Shown: piece after piece, positions 38,792-52,799 of the stretch
How positions within the stretch are numbered: the first letter of the stretch is position 1
Layout of the letters: the number at the start of each line of letters is the position of its first letter
Source of the DNA: Eledone cirrhosa
Taxonomy: Eukaryota
Assembly (NCBI GenBank): GCA_964016885.1
Contig: OZ024740.1
Coordinates: 368,156,001 to 368,220,000 of the forward strand
DNA length: 64,000 bases
Direction: 5' to 3'
Program-made: the position numbers and the translations under genes
The notes under the pieces: model-generated
What the model was told of the DNA's origin: nothing
Databases searched by the model: none
What the model saw: only the letters and a program-made list of their open reading frames with translations

Positions 38792-39730
38792 AATATGTAA
38801 GTAAACGGTAAACAGAAATATCAACACAATCGGTACAGTATATGTAAGGTATATATTAGGTTAACGCTTGATATAGCAGGAAGAGGGTCTTAATTTTTTC
38901 GGACGTTAGTCCTTCATAAGAAGAAATAATGAGAAATAAAATAGATTAAGGGGACGGGCGGGATGGAATTGGAAAAAATGTATTTAGATAAAAATAATAG
39001 GTCCATTCATGTTAATCATGGGGCAATTAGCTTGAAAGGCAATATGTTTTTCGTGAGTCTTTATTGTATCCATGATGTTTCACATAAAACCATTCAATAA
39101 AATATTCAAATATCTAAAGCTCCACTTTGCATTATATGTATGTGTTTGTTTAAGATACATATTTTCGAAAATCACCACAAATTAACCTTTAGTTTGTCGT
39201 CTCATTTTTTCATTCATTTTCTTCCCACTTTCAAGAGTTTATGCATTAAACGAATTATAACTGCAATCCCAATCTTAGCCACTTAAGACATTCATCAGGA
39301 CATAATTAAATGTAAAAGTTTCACCCGTGGAATTTTCTCATCAAATAATCATCGGTAATAGCGACATTAAATTACATATTACTTAGCTTATATAAACATG
39401 TGTACAGGATTGAATTTATTAGAATTCGTTTTTCCATAAAATTCCGCATACACTCGAATCTCAAAAGTTTCAAAACTACGTATGCACAACTGCCAATATT
39501 ATTGGATATTATGTTCTTAAATGATATTCAACCTCGATTTGTTATATGTGGGTGTTGGAAGGAGAGTTGGTGAGTATTTCTGTATTATTCACAATAAATG
39601 TTTCATTTGAGCGAGGCAAATAAGCGTTAATGACAAAATTTTCGAAAGTTCGTTAATATAATAAAAGGTATTAAACCTCTTATTGCATACTTTCCTGTCA
39701 TTTTCTCAATGTTACATATATATATATATA

Positions 39731-41031
39731 TAGGAACAAGTATGACCCCGACGGCAGAGCTCAAGCCGTTTCGACGGCTATTTCTGGACTAAATAAGAAT
39801 TTTTAGCCAGGTAAATAAATAGCCGAACTTCTCAGGGGTATTTCATTATATGGGAAGATATAATTGTCAAGAGGATTGGTCAAAAATGTGTTGTAAAGAC
39901 AGATAAATCTATCATGACATTTGGTGGGAGGTAGGGGTGGCTGAACTTGTCAGTAGAACAAAGAGGGAGTGGAGGAAACCCAGTCAAGCGTTGAAAGTGA
40001 AATCTATACAGCAGATTCTAAGGATTATTTAATAGGTCTAAAAAAGTGTACTGGCGAAAAAAGGCGAGGGGGAGTTGAAAGAATAGGTAAATCAGTACCC
40101 CCCCCCCCTAATTTTAAGATAGAATTGGCCGATTACGCTTTTTATAGCAGATTTGTTAGACCCCAGTAATTTTTTTTCTTTCTGGTTGCTGCTCCATTTC
40201 TATGGTTTCTAAATTTCTTAGTGGTATTTTTGAATTAATATTTTTGTATTAGTATTTTTGTATTAATATTTTGTTTTAGTATTTTTGTAGTAGTATTTTA
40301 GTATTTTCGTTTTCAACTTATTAACCTGTCATTGTAAGATAGAATTGGCCTATTACTAACTATCTATAGCAGCGGTGTTAGACCCCCTGTAAAGCCGGCT
40401 TTATAAATTTCTTTCACTACGATCTCGTATTTAGTATTTTTCCCATTCTCCACCTATTAAACTTTTCTATAGCTTAGCAATACCAATGAGAAATTTGGTG
40501 ATTGTAGAAATGGAGTAGTAACCAGAAATTGTTATTATATATTTATTTCCTTATTTTTATGTTTTTTTTTTGTTTTCTACTCCCTATCGATTTACCTATT
40601 CTTTCAACTCCCCCTCCCCCTCCTCTTTTCCAGTACACTTTTTCCTTTTATACACTATCCTTAGAATCTGCTGTATAGATTTCACTTTCACCGCTTCACT
40701 GGGTTTCCCCGACTCCCTCTTTGTTCTACCGGCAAGTACAGTCACCCCTACCTCCCACCAAATGCCTTGATAGATTTATCTGTTTTTACAACACATCTTT
40801 GACCATTCCTCTTGACAATTACTATCTTCCCATATAAGGAAATACCGCCTGAGAAGTTCGGCTACGTATTTACAAGGCTAAAAATTATTATTTAGTCCTG
40901 AAATAGCCGTCGAAACGGCTTGAGCTCTGCCGTCGCAGTTATACTTGTTCCTATTACCCACTCAACTACTCTAAGTATTGAGTACTTTGGTGCGTTATGG
41001 TCCATCTGGTTCCTTACCACAACTCCTTCGC
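39731..41031. mobile_element. Fold-back element family A, longest copy
   Basis: Diverged arms ~39731-40097 and ~40580-40953, tail 40954-41031, (TA)n on both sides. Confidence 0.85.
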
Positions 41032-41037
41032 TATATG

Positions 41038-41097
<60 letters not shown>

Positions 41098-41109
41098 TAT
41101 ATATATGTA

Positions 41110-41187
<78 letters not shown>

Positions 41188-41227
41188 TGTGTGTCTATGT
41201 GTGTGTGTGTATATATATATATATAAA

Positions 41228-41342
41228 GGCGTTTGGCTGAGTGGTTAGAGAATTGGATTCGTAATCGTGAGGTTGTGAGTTCGATTCCTGGACCGGGCAA
41301 TGAGGTATGTCCTTGAGCAAGAGACTTTATTTCACGTTGCTT
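41228..41342 (+). mobile_element. tRNA-headed SINE (second family), truncated
   Basis: tggctgagtggtt A box and gagttcgattcc B box, followed by a tgtccttgagcaagagactttatttcac core. Confidence 0.75.
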
Positions 41343-41440
41343 CTTCTACCTGGAGTTGCGACCGATAGTTAGTATTAGCAATTGGAAAGACCAATGGAAA
41401 TATTGTTTGCTCGGTCCGATTTAACGAAAGTTGATCGTTC

Positions 41441-41479
<39 letters not shown>

Positions 41480-41487
<8 letters not shown>

Positions 41488-42251
41488 ATATTTGGGGAGG
41501 GTCATATTTGCGTAATATTGCCAGAATTAATAACAGAACACACTCACTGTTTGGTTGGTTTTCGCTTCTCGCTGTCTTTTATATATATATATCTGCGATC
41601 TAACTTACTCGGTCCTCAATGTTGCCATTGACTGACCGGCGGTCAAAAATAATACAGATACAATATAGACACAAACACATATATATAGTTTACATAATTT
41701 ACATAAATCTTTCGTTGCACATCTGCAACATCGTCAGTGGTGTTATATTCATTGTCACGACACTATACACACTAGTCACACATCACACTATACACACACG
41801 CAAACGCATGCGCAAAGAAGACAAAATAAAATAAGATAAACAAACAAGCAAATAAATAAATAAATATATAGACAGACTGAACAAAAAAAAAATGGCGTAG
41901 ACATACAACACAACAGGAGGAACAATGAATATAACACCACTGACGATGTTGCAGATGTGCAACGAAAGATTTATGTAAATTATGTAAACTATATATATGT
42001 GTTTGTGTCTATATTGTATCTGTATTATTTTTGACCGCCGGTCAGTCAATGGCAACATTGAGGACCGAGTAAGTTAGATCGCAGATATATATATATAAAA
42101 GACAGCGAGAAGCGAAAGCCAACCAAACAGTGAGTGTGTTCTGTTATTAATTCTGGCAATATTACGCAAATATGACCCTCCCCAAATATAACAATATCTG
42201 TTTCGACACACGATTTCATATAAAAAACCTCGCAAAACTAATTCATCGCCG

Positions 42252-42252
<1 letters not shown>
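41480..42252. mobile_element. Fold-back element (arms ~41480-41755 and 41922-42197, tail to 42252)
   Basis: ~275-nt nearly identical inverted arms (mirrored ORFs 41619-41834 and 41783-42058), bounded by (TA)n. Confidence 0.88.
41935..41978 (+). ncRNA. Hammerhead motif (mirror on minus strand ~41700-41742)
   Basis: CTGACGA-t-gttgca-gatg-tgcaac-GAAAGATTTA. Perfect 6-bp stem II; stem I weak. Confidence 0.55.
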
Positions 42253-42290
<38 letters not shown>

Positions 42291-42504
42291 TTTTCCCGGA
42301 CTGACCACTGTAGACTTTCGTGGCGTCATTTCCAATACACGTATATTTACTTGCTAATATCATACAAATACTTCAGTTGGTCACCGAGTGGACGAAACTT
42401 AAATTAATAGAATATAGTGAAGAAAGCCGCCACAGTGCACTATCACATCCAGATAATTATTAAGAGAAGCACACATAAGCGTATATCTTTATATACATAC
42501 AAAG

Positions 42505-42549
<45 letters not shown>

Positions 42550-42553
42550 CGTG

Positions 42554-42584
<31 letters not shown>

Positions 42585-42592
42585 GTGTGTAT

Positions 42593-42877
42593 CTTGAAAC
42601 TAGTACAGCGTTCCTTTGTCAGTTTTGAACAAACGAGCAACGATGGTTGCTAGACACTACGGCTTAATACGGGTTGTTTGTTTACAAACAAACCAAAGCA
42701 TTATAATAAATGTTTGGTGAATCCATACGTACATATATATATGTGTGCATGTATATATATATATATACATACATACTACTGTACGTCTGTATACATATAT
42801 GTATGTACGTGTACATACTTATATTTAAGTAACAGCCGTACTAAGAGTGGGAAATGAAATTTCGTTTCATTATTTCC

Positions 42878-42880
<3 letters not shown>
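42593..42880 (+). mobile_element. Family C partial copy
   Basis: Starts cttgaaactagtaca; homologous to 44650-44960. Confidence 0.8.
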
Positions 42881-42930
<50 letters not shown>

Positions 42931-42934
<4 letters not shown>

Positions 42935-43058
42935 CGTTTCGTTTCGCTTTTTCTACCCGCCGAAATGCGATTCTTGCTGAATTTATATATATATATATAT
43001 ATATAAATTCAGCAAGAATCGCATTTCGGCGGGTAGAAAAAGCGAAACGAAACGTAAA
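42931..43058. repeat. 128-nt near-perfect palindrome centred on (AT)10
   Basis: 54-nt arms 42931-42984 and 43005-43058 with one mismatch. Confidence 0.92.
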
Positions 43059-43275
43059 TCAGAGTTATGCTGGCAAGCGCTCAATAGTTAAAAAACCAGA
43101 GCTAAGCAATAAGTCAAAACGCCATACAAACTGAAAAAGTGGTCAAGAAGGCATTAACCACCTAATAAACAAATCAATCTAAACAGGTCAAACAAAATAA
43201 ATGATAAAAACAGACCTGGACCCATTTAAATTGATGGTAAAATCCAAATGTAGGGTCTATGACACCTAATTCAAT

Positions 43276-43460
43276 AATTGTTTCTACTTTAGGCACAAGG
43301 CCAGCAATTACCAAGTGCTTTACTGGTACTTTATTTTATCGACCCCGTAAGGATGAAAGGCAAAGTTTACCTAGGCGGGATTTGAACACAGAATGGAAAG
43401 GGCCATAATTCTATGCGACAAAGCATGGCGTCCGACCCTCTACCGATACTGCGAATCCTG
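43276..43460 (-). mobile_element. SINE S1
   Basis: Full S1 body. Confidence 0.85.
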
Positions 43461-43500
43461 CCTGCTTAAAACTATAAGCTTTTGATATAATGATCGAACA

Positions 43501-44351
<851 letters not shown>

Positions 44352-44626
44352 TATATATATATATATATATAAACGGACAAAATGAAACGAAATTTCATTT
44401 CCCACTCTTAGTACGGCTGTTACTTAAATATAAGTATGTATACGTACATACATTTATGTATACAGACGTACAGTAGTATGTATATATATATACATACATG
44501 CACACATATATATATGTACGTATGGATTCACCAAACATTTATTATAATGCTCGGTGTGATTGTAAACAAACATCCCGTATGGAAAGTATATACTTTCGGA
44601 CATTCAACTATCTGGCAGGAAGGTAT

Positions 44627-44669
44627 ACGTTGCTGACGATAGCTAACAAGCTTGAAACTAGTACAACGT
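44627..44669 (+). ncRNA. Minimal type I hammerhead ribozyme motif, tandem copy 1
   Basis: acgttg-CTGACGA-t-agct-aaca-agct-t-GAA-actagt-A-caacgt: 6-bp stem I extendable by aagg/cctt, palindromic stem III, GUA triplet. Confidence 0.8.
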
Positions 44670-44810
44670 TCCTTTGTAAGTGTTGAACAAACGAGCAACG
44701 GTGGTTGCTAGACACTACGGCTTAATACGGGATATTTCTTTACAAACACACCGAGCATTATAATAAATGTTTGGTGAATCCATACGTACATATATATATA
44801 TGTGTACATC

Positions 44811-44851
<41 letters not shown>

Positions 44852-45085
44852 TACTGTACGTCTGTATACATATATGTATGTACGTATACATACTTATATT
44901 TAAGTAACAGCCGTACTAAGAGTGGGAAATTAAATTTCGTTTCATTTTTTCACTTTTTCCGTTTACCGTTTTCAGTAGCACCCAGCCGATTAACCCACTC
45001 GATATGCACATTGGGCTACTCAGCTGTTAATATGCATAAGAAAAGTATATACTTTCGGACGTTCAACTATCTGGCAGGAAGGTAT

Positions 45086-45128
45086 ACGTTGCTGACGATA
45101 GCTAACAAGCTTGAAACTAGTACAACGT
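45086..45128 (+). ncRNA. Minimal type I hammerhead ribozyme motif, tandem copy 2
   Basis: Identical to 44627-44669, 459 nt downstream. Confidence 0.8.
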
Positions 45129-45340
45129 TCCTTTGTAAGTGTTGAACAAACGACTAACGGTGGTTGCTACACACTACGGCTTAATACGGAATGTTTGTTT
45201 ACAAACAAACCAAAGCATTATAATAAATGTTTGGTGAATCCATACGTACATATATATATGTGTGGCTGTATGTATACATATATATATATACACATACTAC
45301 GGTTCGTCTGTATACATATATGTATGTACGTATACATACT

Positions 45341-45374
<34 letters not shown>

Positions 45375-45377
45375 AAT

Positions 45378-45465
<88 letters not shown>

Positions 45466-45612
45466 ATAATAATAAATTTGAAGACTAAAATGCAAAGAGG
45501 GCTCGATAAGGATAAATATATATCAAATATATAGGAACCGTAGAGGAAATATTTATTATATATACATACTAAGGTTCGTCTGTATACATATATGTATGTA
45601 CGTATACATACT

Positions 45613-45688
<76 letters not shown>

Positions 45689-45699
45689 TACACACACAT

Positions 45700-45748
<49 letters not shown>

Positions 45749-45851
45749 GTATATATATATATACATATATATTTGTGTGTGTGTGTATAAATGTGTGCGT
45801 GTGTGTATGAATGTATATAAATATATACGTTTATGTGTGCTTCTATTAATA

Positions 45852-45885
45852 ACTAGCATTAAAGCCCGGCGTTGCTCGGGGTCAG
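45852..45885 (+). mobile_element. Helitron/Helentron-like terminus
   Basis: ACTAGCattaaagcccggcgttgctcggg, same pattern as 797 and 1697. Extent of the element not determined. Confidence 0.45.
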
Positions 45886-47510
45886 TAAGTTACCAAAGTT
45901 AGGTTGCACCACCCATTTTATGGCAGCACTTTTTTGTTTGCCAGGCACTGGGTGAATGAATTGAAGACCTGGACTGCCGAAGCAGGAGCTGTGCCAGCAT
46001 TGACAATTGTAGTTTCGCCTATGGATATTATCTCTGTGCAAAGAAGTGTTGAAATTTATTGTTTCACAGTACTTGTGCAACACGCGCGTAGACGATGCCA
46101 GCCGAACAACAGAGCTGCGATGGAGTTGTTCTGCATGGTTGTCTAATGTGTGTTTTCTAAATTAAAGATAGTAGGGAGGGCTGTGATATGGGGGAGAGTT
46201 AGCTGCTCTTTCTAGCATGTTTAGTGACCTCATAGAGGACATTATTGTGTTAGTAAATGAACTGACACTTCTTTCTTCCACGTTCGTTGATAGATGTTTT
46301 AAAACAGATTTATCCCGATTTTTTTTGTTGTTGAATACATTTTTTGTTGCTTTTGAATAATTGTTGTTTCGTATGAAATGTAATAAGTTCTCTTTGTCAT
46401 TGAAGTAAATAAATATTTGACCGTTCCACACTCAAAAACAAACGTTCGTTCTCTCTCCCTCTCCCTCTTAAAGTTTAAGTGGAGTAGAGAGAGGTAATCA
46501 GATGCTATTAGAGGGGTAAGGCATCATGTATTTATTTTTTATCCATTATTTCCGTAATTGTGGGTGACTGTGCATGAAATAAATAGTCGTTTACCTAAGT
46601 TAGACATTTACAACTTTGCTATAGACGTTGAGTCGAATCGGTTTGAAATTGTGCAAATGTATAAACATGGAACATGCACACACACACACACAACAACAAT
46701 AATCTGCCTCTTATAGATAATGATTATCCGATGTGATAGTGCACCGTGCCGGCTTTCTTCGAGACAATCTAATAATTCAGGACATTCTAATAATTTAAGT
46801 TTCGTCCACTCTGTGACCAACAGAAGTATTTGAATGATATTAGCAAGTAAATCTCTGTGAAAGGGAAATTTGGATATCGATAGAAATGGCTCCACGAAAG
46901 TCTAAGTGGTCAGTCCGAGGGAAAGTGAGTGAACCTGCTGAAAGGTGGAGTAAATATTTCTAGTCTGATGGTCTTCAATTATGATATTATTTAGCCCGTT
47001 AATTCATAAATAGTAGAAGATTATATGATTTACATATATGAGAAACATAGGAGAGAATATGCAAAATAAAATGTTTCTGTGTCTAGTAGCGTTTTAAACA
47101 CAGGAGCATTACTCGGAAATTTATGATTAATTACGTACAATATCCATTAAAGACTTCAATATATATGTATGAGGAAAAGTCTATTAACCGTAAGTTGAAC
47201 CTTGAATATAACTGAAATCTCTCCTTTCTGAAATATATATTCGCCTCCACTATAGACATTTAGAGCTTCTCTAATCAAAATATGTGTATATATGTATGTA
47301 TATATATATTTAGCGCCGCTAAACTGATACGTGCATATATGTATGTGTACCTGTATGCATATGTATGTATATATGTGTATATATATATATATATGTGCAT
47401 GCTACTGTACGTCTGTATACATATATGTATGTACGTATACATGCATACTTACATTTAAGTAAGTGCCATACTAAGAGTGAGAAATGAAATTTCGTTTTCA
47501 TTTTGTTTCA

Positions 47511-47605
<95 letters not shown>

Positions 47606-48681
47606 AATCACTTCGAATTTTGTTCGATAAAACACTCTAATAATGAAAAAAATCAGAAATGTTCACCAAAAGTTTGCACGATATCAAAAGTATACCTATG
47701 CCTCATTCTAACACACGGTACTGAAGGCCAATATCCCATACATACCAAGTGACGAAATCCCGAACTATCCGGCATTTAAGCTCGTGCACTGACTTGTACC
47801 TAGGGTAAACTCCAGACTACACACCTGTGCCAACAGTTACGATTCCACCAGAAGCCAAACTGTGGACAATTGTTTCAATATCGATCAGCTCAATCTATAA
47901 TCTCAATGATACGGTTCGACTTTTCTTCTAGATCTCCACAGATATGCGAGTTGATGTGTGCAAGTACACAGCTACACTGTTGACAGAGGTCCCGGAATGA
48001 TTTAACCACTCATATATCCTCGTACTCCTTTATTTAATCTCTCTAAATTATTTTTTATTTTACTTTACCCCAATCCTTTCATGAAATTATTACTTGATAT
48101 TTTTATTCATGCATTTCTACATAAAACCTTTTAAAACTGATACGCGAGTGTGCATGCAGTATACATACATAAAATACAGACACTTTACCACAAAGTACCA
48201 TCCCATATTATTCACTTAACTATTTATTTTTAAACCCTTTAAATTTTACTTTATTTTATTTTATATCTTCTTATTCACCCAGTTACTTATACATTTAATT
48301 ATTTACTCATTTACTTCTATATAACCTTTTGATGAAATAATCCTTTACATTCTAAGTCCAATCTGTACATAGTCTTAACTAACCCTTTCTCCATTCTCTA
48401 TTCGTATGACTATTATACCCCTTCTCCTCCTATTACTCTCCTACCCACTAACTAACATACCCCACACACATTATTTCCATCCCCTGCCCCATAGCTTGTT
48501 TAGATACACTTACCATTCTCTGCCCTCCTCCCTTATACCATCTTTTTCTCTCAGCTTACTATGAACATTTTGATCGCAGCACTAAAAACGTCTAGTGCTG
48601 TGATCAAAATATTCACACATTTTGCAAACGTTCCTAAACCATTGAAAAACTCACTGTACACAAAAGCTGAAAACACTTTAA

Positions 48682-49072
48682 AGTTCTAAGAGACGGCGGG
48701 GCTGGTTCTTTCCAATGGATGTTTGAAGCAGGCTTATTCCTGCATAGTTTCACTACAATATGCTTAGCTCTAGCAATAAGAATGAAGGAGAGAAAGTCAT
48801 CTGCACACAGGTTAAGGGAAGAAGCTGAAATAGCATCTGGGAGTATAGCAGCTTATATCTAGGAGGCGGGGATTAGACCGTCATCCCTGGCAGGCTAATT
48901 AGAGGTTGTGGTAGAATATTCAGAGTGTATAAAAGTATACCAGATCAGTTGCCCTGACACAAAAGACACATGCAGTTAAGGATGTGTTTTATCTTCTGTA
49001 GTTGGTGAATTTTAGAATAAAGATTAATGTAATATTTTCATTTCTTTAATATCAAATACTCCATTAGGAACA
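48682..49072 (+). mobile_element. Possible solo LTR
   Basis: ~390-nt island richer in GC, with tataaaa (48928), aataaa (49017), an end ...ggaaCA and an imperfect inverted start agttctaa. No TSD seen. Confidence 0.3.
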
Positions 49073-50472
49073 ATCCACTATCTGTTTAATCGTGGTGATT
49101 GATGCCATACCTACTTGTAACCATATACGAACAGAAATCGATGTGATCTTCTGGCATGGATTTAATGATATAAACTCTGACATAGATATTCATAGGCAGA
49201 ACCGCACTAATAAATACATGATACTGTCGTATACATATGCACGCCCATTCACTTATATGCAAGAAAAATAAAACATAAGTTAAAGCATATGTGTAATTTC
49301 ATAATTTCATCTTGTTATTAACACATCATCATATATTTTCTTCACCCAATTTGTTAGTATATATACGAAACATATTTCATTAAATTGAAATTTATGTGCA
49401 AAATCGTTATTGTTGATATTAATCAAAGTGTTTACAAAGCAAATATTTTCAGGGTTTAGATAAATATTCTATGATGCTTAATCTCAATTAAATTCAATTC
49501 ACCCCCATTCTCCCTCCGCACCGATATGAGAACCATATGTCAACCATCCATAAATATCCATTTACTGTATCCATTTCATTGACTTTTCACACCATTTAGT
49601 AAACTGCAAACACACGCTTACACTGACACATGCATATGTATATACATATATATACACGAAGGAACACTCACATATAGCACAAATGAAGAAAGATAAGCAT
49701 GTGTATATCATCAGGGGATTTATATGCTTCACCAATATTTAATAAAGTTGTAGTATCATTTCATTAATGATTGTCAACTATTCCTATCACATTGCAAATA
49801 ATATTGAAGTATTCTCCTAAAAGCGCAAATATGTATGACTTTATCACATACTCACATGCACACACTCAACATATTTGTAAGTATATATATGTGTGTGTGT
49901 GTGTGTGTGTATGTGTGTGTATGTGCCTGTGTGTGGTGTGTGCGTGTGTGTGTCTGCGTGTGTGTGTAAACTTCTGTAGGGGCATGCATGTATAGTTGTG
50001 TGCGTAACTGTAATATATAATCATAAATTGCTTGATGCACTCCATTTAATACTGATATCATCGTTTATTTCCCATATGATTCTATTTATTTATACCTAGA
50101 TAAATAGAACTAATTTCCTTTGCAATTTACATAATAGATACAATGATTTGACCTCGTATTCGGTCACGAATCTCATGTTTGTGTGTAGACATTTTATATT
50201 AATCATGTTTTGCTTTTCATATATTACGCCTTCGACCTGTTATATTAGTATATGGAATTAATACCTGATCCATTATCAATATATAATATATGCAGTAAAA
50301 AGCATAGTAATAAATGTCGGTAATTTGGATGTTTCGAAAACTGAATGACGTTACACAGGAGAATTGTCTATGAAGTGATGAAACATGAATTAAGAACACT
50401 TAAATACGTGTGAACAATTTTAAACTGGAGTTAATGTAGGGTGTTATAATGAGAGCATAAAATAGAGATTAC

Positions 50473-50580
50473 CTTTTTATTTAACTTAATATTGGTGAAT
50501 ATAGCGTGAACCCGCCATGTTTTGCTAAACATCGCTCCAAAGGCTAATGTAAATCCAATGCTTAATACCCACGCTCGAGC
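50473..50580 (-). CDS. GABBR2: GABBR2-like exon (TM3-ICL2)
   Basis: 108-nt exon, tttcag| ... |gtaatc. Encodes [36 protein letters not shown] (FGAMFxKTWRVH signature). Not in the ORF track. Confidence 0.95.
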
Positions 50581-51043
50581 CTGAAAGCATACAGAGATAA
50601 TATACAAAGAGCATTAGAAGTACATGAATGAAAATATATATATAATAACAACATTAAAAATAATAATAATAATAATAATAATACAAAGAAAAAAAGAGAA
50701 GGAAAAAACAAAAACAAAAACGTAAAAGAAGAAGAAGAAGAAGAAGAAGAAGAAGATATCAAATTGTTTTATGGCATTTATTTAGATATAAATTCAATGG
50801 GTAATTAGAATATGATATAAAAATGTCTAAGAGAAATAAATCATACCAATCGTGGTATTTTGAAGAAACAATTAAAGTTGCATGTATTCTATTTCTGGAG
50901 TTTATCTACTTACATAGAGACAATCTAAGTTTCAAAAGTTGATAATTATTGTGGTTATAATGTACATTATGCATCGAAACTCCTGCAACATTTTAAAATA
51001 AGAATTTCTTGCTAAATGTATTCAGTGCAACAGTCTTTATATA

Positions 51044-51911
51044 CAAGGTTAAGTTAAAGATTATCCGCACGTTCGACATAACATATCTTTACGTCTTTCA
51101 CTCTGCCTTCTGCCCATGCGTGCTTGGTATTATTGTGATTATATGATCGATGTTTGGGCTTCATCACGCCGGTTTTCTTGATGTTGTTACAGTGTAAGTA
51201 TGGCTGCTATGTTAGCAGTGTGCTACAAGGAGAAACAATGAGCAGTGATCCGATGTATCTAGTCGGAATGTGTCTCAAGGCCTGAACTTGAACGCAGGCG
51301 TTTAACACAATACGAAGTATTTCCACTATTGCATAGAAGTATGTATGAGTGAGTCAAGAATTTTAAAAGTAGCCGGACATGCATGACGTACGGGAAAGGA
51401 ACAGGACGCCAGTGAAATTCGACCAATGAAGAGAAAATTCAGCAAGCTCGAGATTTTGTAATTGTGAACCGGTAGCATGTTATGTGCATATTAGTCATTG
51501 TTCTGCCTGTGTAATCATACTTGAGGAGATCGGCTTCTATAAATTATGTGCGAGATAAGTGCCAAGAGATCTTACCACAGAACACAACCGCAAACGTGCT
51601 GAGGTCTGTCAACGTTTACTTGACCACTACCAAAAAGAAGGCGAAGAAATTCTGAGCAGAATAGTTAGAGGAGATGAAATATGTGAGCCAGAATCCAAAT
51701 GATAGTGTATAGAGTGAAAACATCCTGGTGTACACTGCTAGTGTATCGTTTATATCTACACTGTAATACCAACACGAAAACTGGAGTAATCAACTTTCGA
51801 TCATTGGTAACAACTATAGTAACAACTATAAGCATGCATGAACTGAAGTCAGTGTAACAAACCTAAAGACATGTTATGGGGAAAGTGCAAATTATTTTTG
51901 ACTTACCCTCG
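51044..51911 (+). mobile_element. Internally deleted mariner DNA transposon
   Basis: Imperfect TIRs TA|caaggttaagttaaagattatccgcac and gtgcaaattatttttgacttaccctcg|TA. Transposase remnant KLCAR*VPRDLT...ILSRIVRGDE (WVPxxL and GDE motifs). Confidence 0.85.
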
Positions 51912-52799
51912 TATATATATATTTCAGTTATTTTATGTCACATACTATGCCTGCTGTAACCGGAATGAACAACATTCCTTCAACGGCTAGCTTATCAAAA
52001 GCAAAAAAACAACAACCAAAATGCAAAACATTTTTTACATTTTTAGCACCTGTCTGACGACAGCGCAAGTATTGTGTGTTAAATAGAGACATATCATTGC
52101 GTTTAAATGTGCGTGCATAGCAGGTGGTTTGTAATATAATAAACTTTTCTTGTGTCTTGATATAAATGCTCCGTCAGATACCATATACCTAATGCCTTAT
52201 GGCTACCTATGATGTGCCATTAAATTAGTATCAAAACAAGAAGATGGATCGAATTAACCCAACAGCTGATATCAAAATTATTAAATGCACATTACCAATT
52301 TTCTTCCGGATGCTTTCTATCATATTCATTAAATGATTGCAGAAACATCGGATAGCGTTTGTTTGCCACTTTTGTACATTTTTGGAAGACATTTTGTCTC
52401 TTTCAATTAATTACATGTTTCGGGAAATAAAGTCTAAAGATACTTTTCAAGAATTCCTAACTTTCGCATGAAGCTTTGAGGACAATATTGGCTTTGAAGA
52501 CAATATATATATATATTTCTTTGTGTATATATGTATGTGTGTGTATGTGTGTGTGTCTGCTTGTGTGTGTGTGTAGTATGAATTTGGCGTATGAGAAACC
52601 CGAACAACCTATATAGTTCATTCAGTTTGGATGTTTATATCGAGTATAATGTTTCAGACCTGCCAAGGATTTGAAAGTATATCCACGGATCACGCATGGT
52701 TTTGGTTTCCTGGATAACAATGCAGTTAATGTTTGATAATACTTTACTCCTCCCTCTTACTTTTTGTAGCCTATGGATATAACCGGACCTGAAATGCCA

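Larger units (their letters stand above)
44372..45345 (+). mobile_element. Family C cluster: inverted partial copy followed by tandem 459-nt units
   Basis: 44372-44580 is inverted relative to 44720-44963. Direct repeats start at 44582 and 45041. Confidence 0.85.

Noticed and set aside
41228-41300. tRNA-Thr(CGT)-like sequence
   Set aside because: The acceptor stem is incomplete and it continues into a SINE core, so it is treated as a SINE head.
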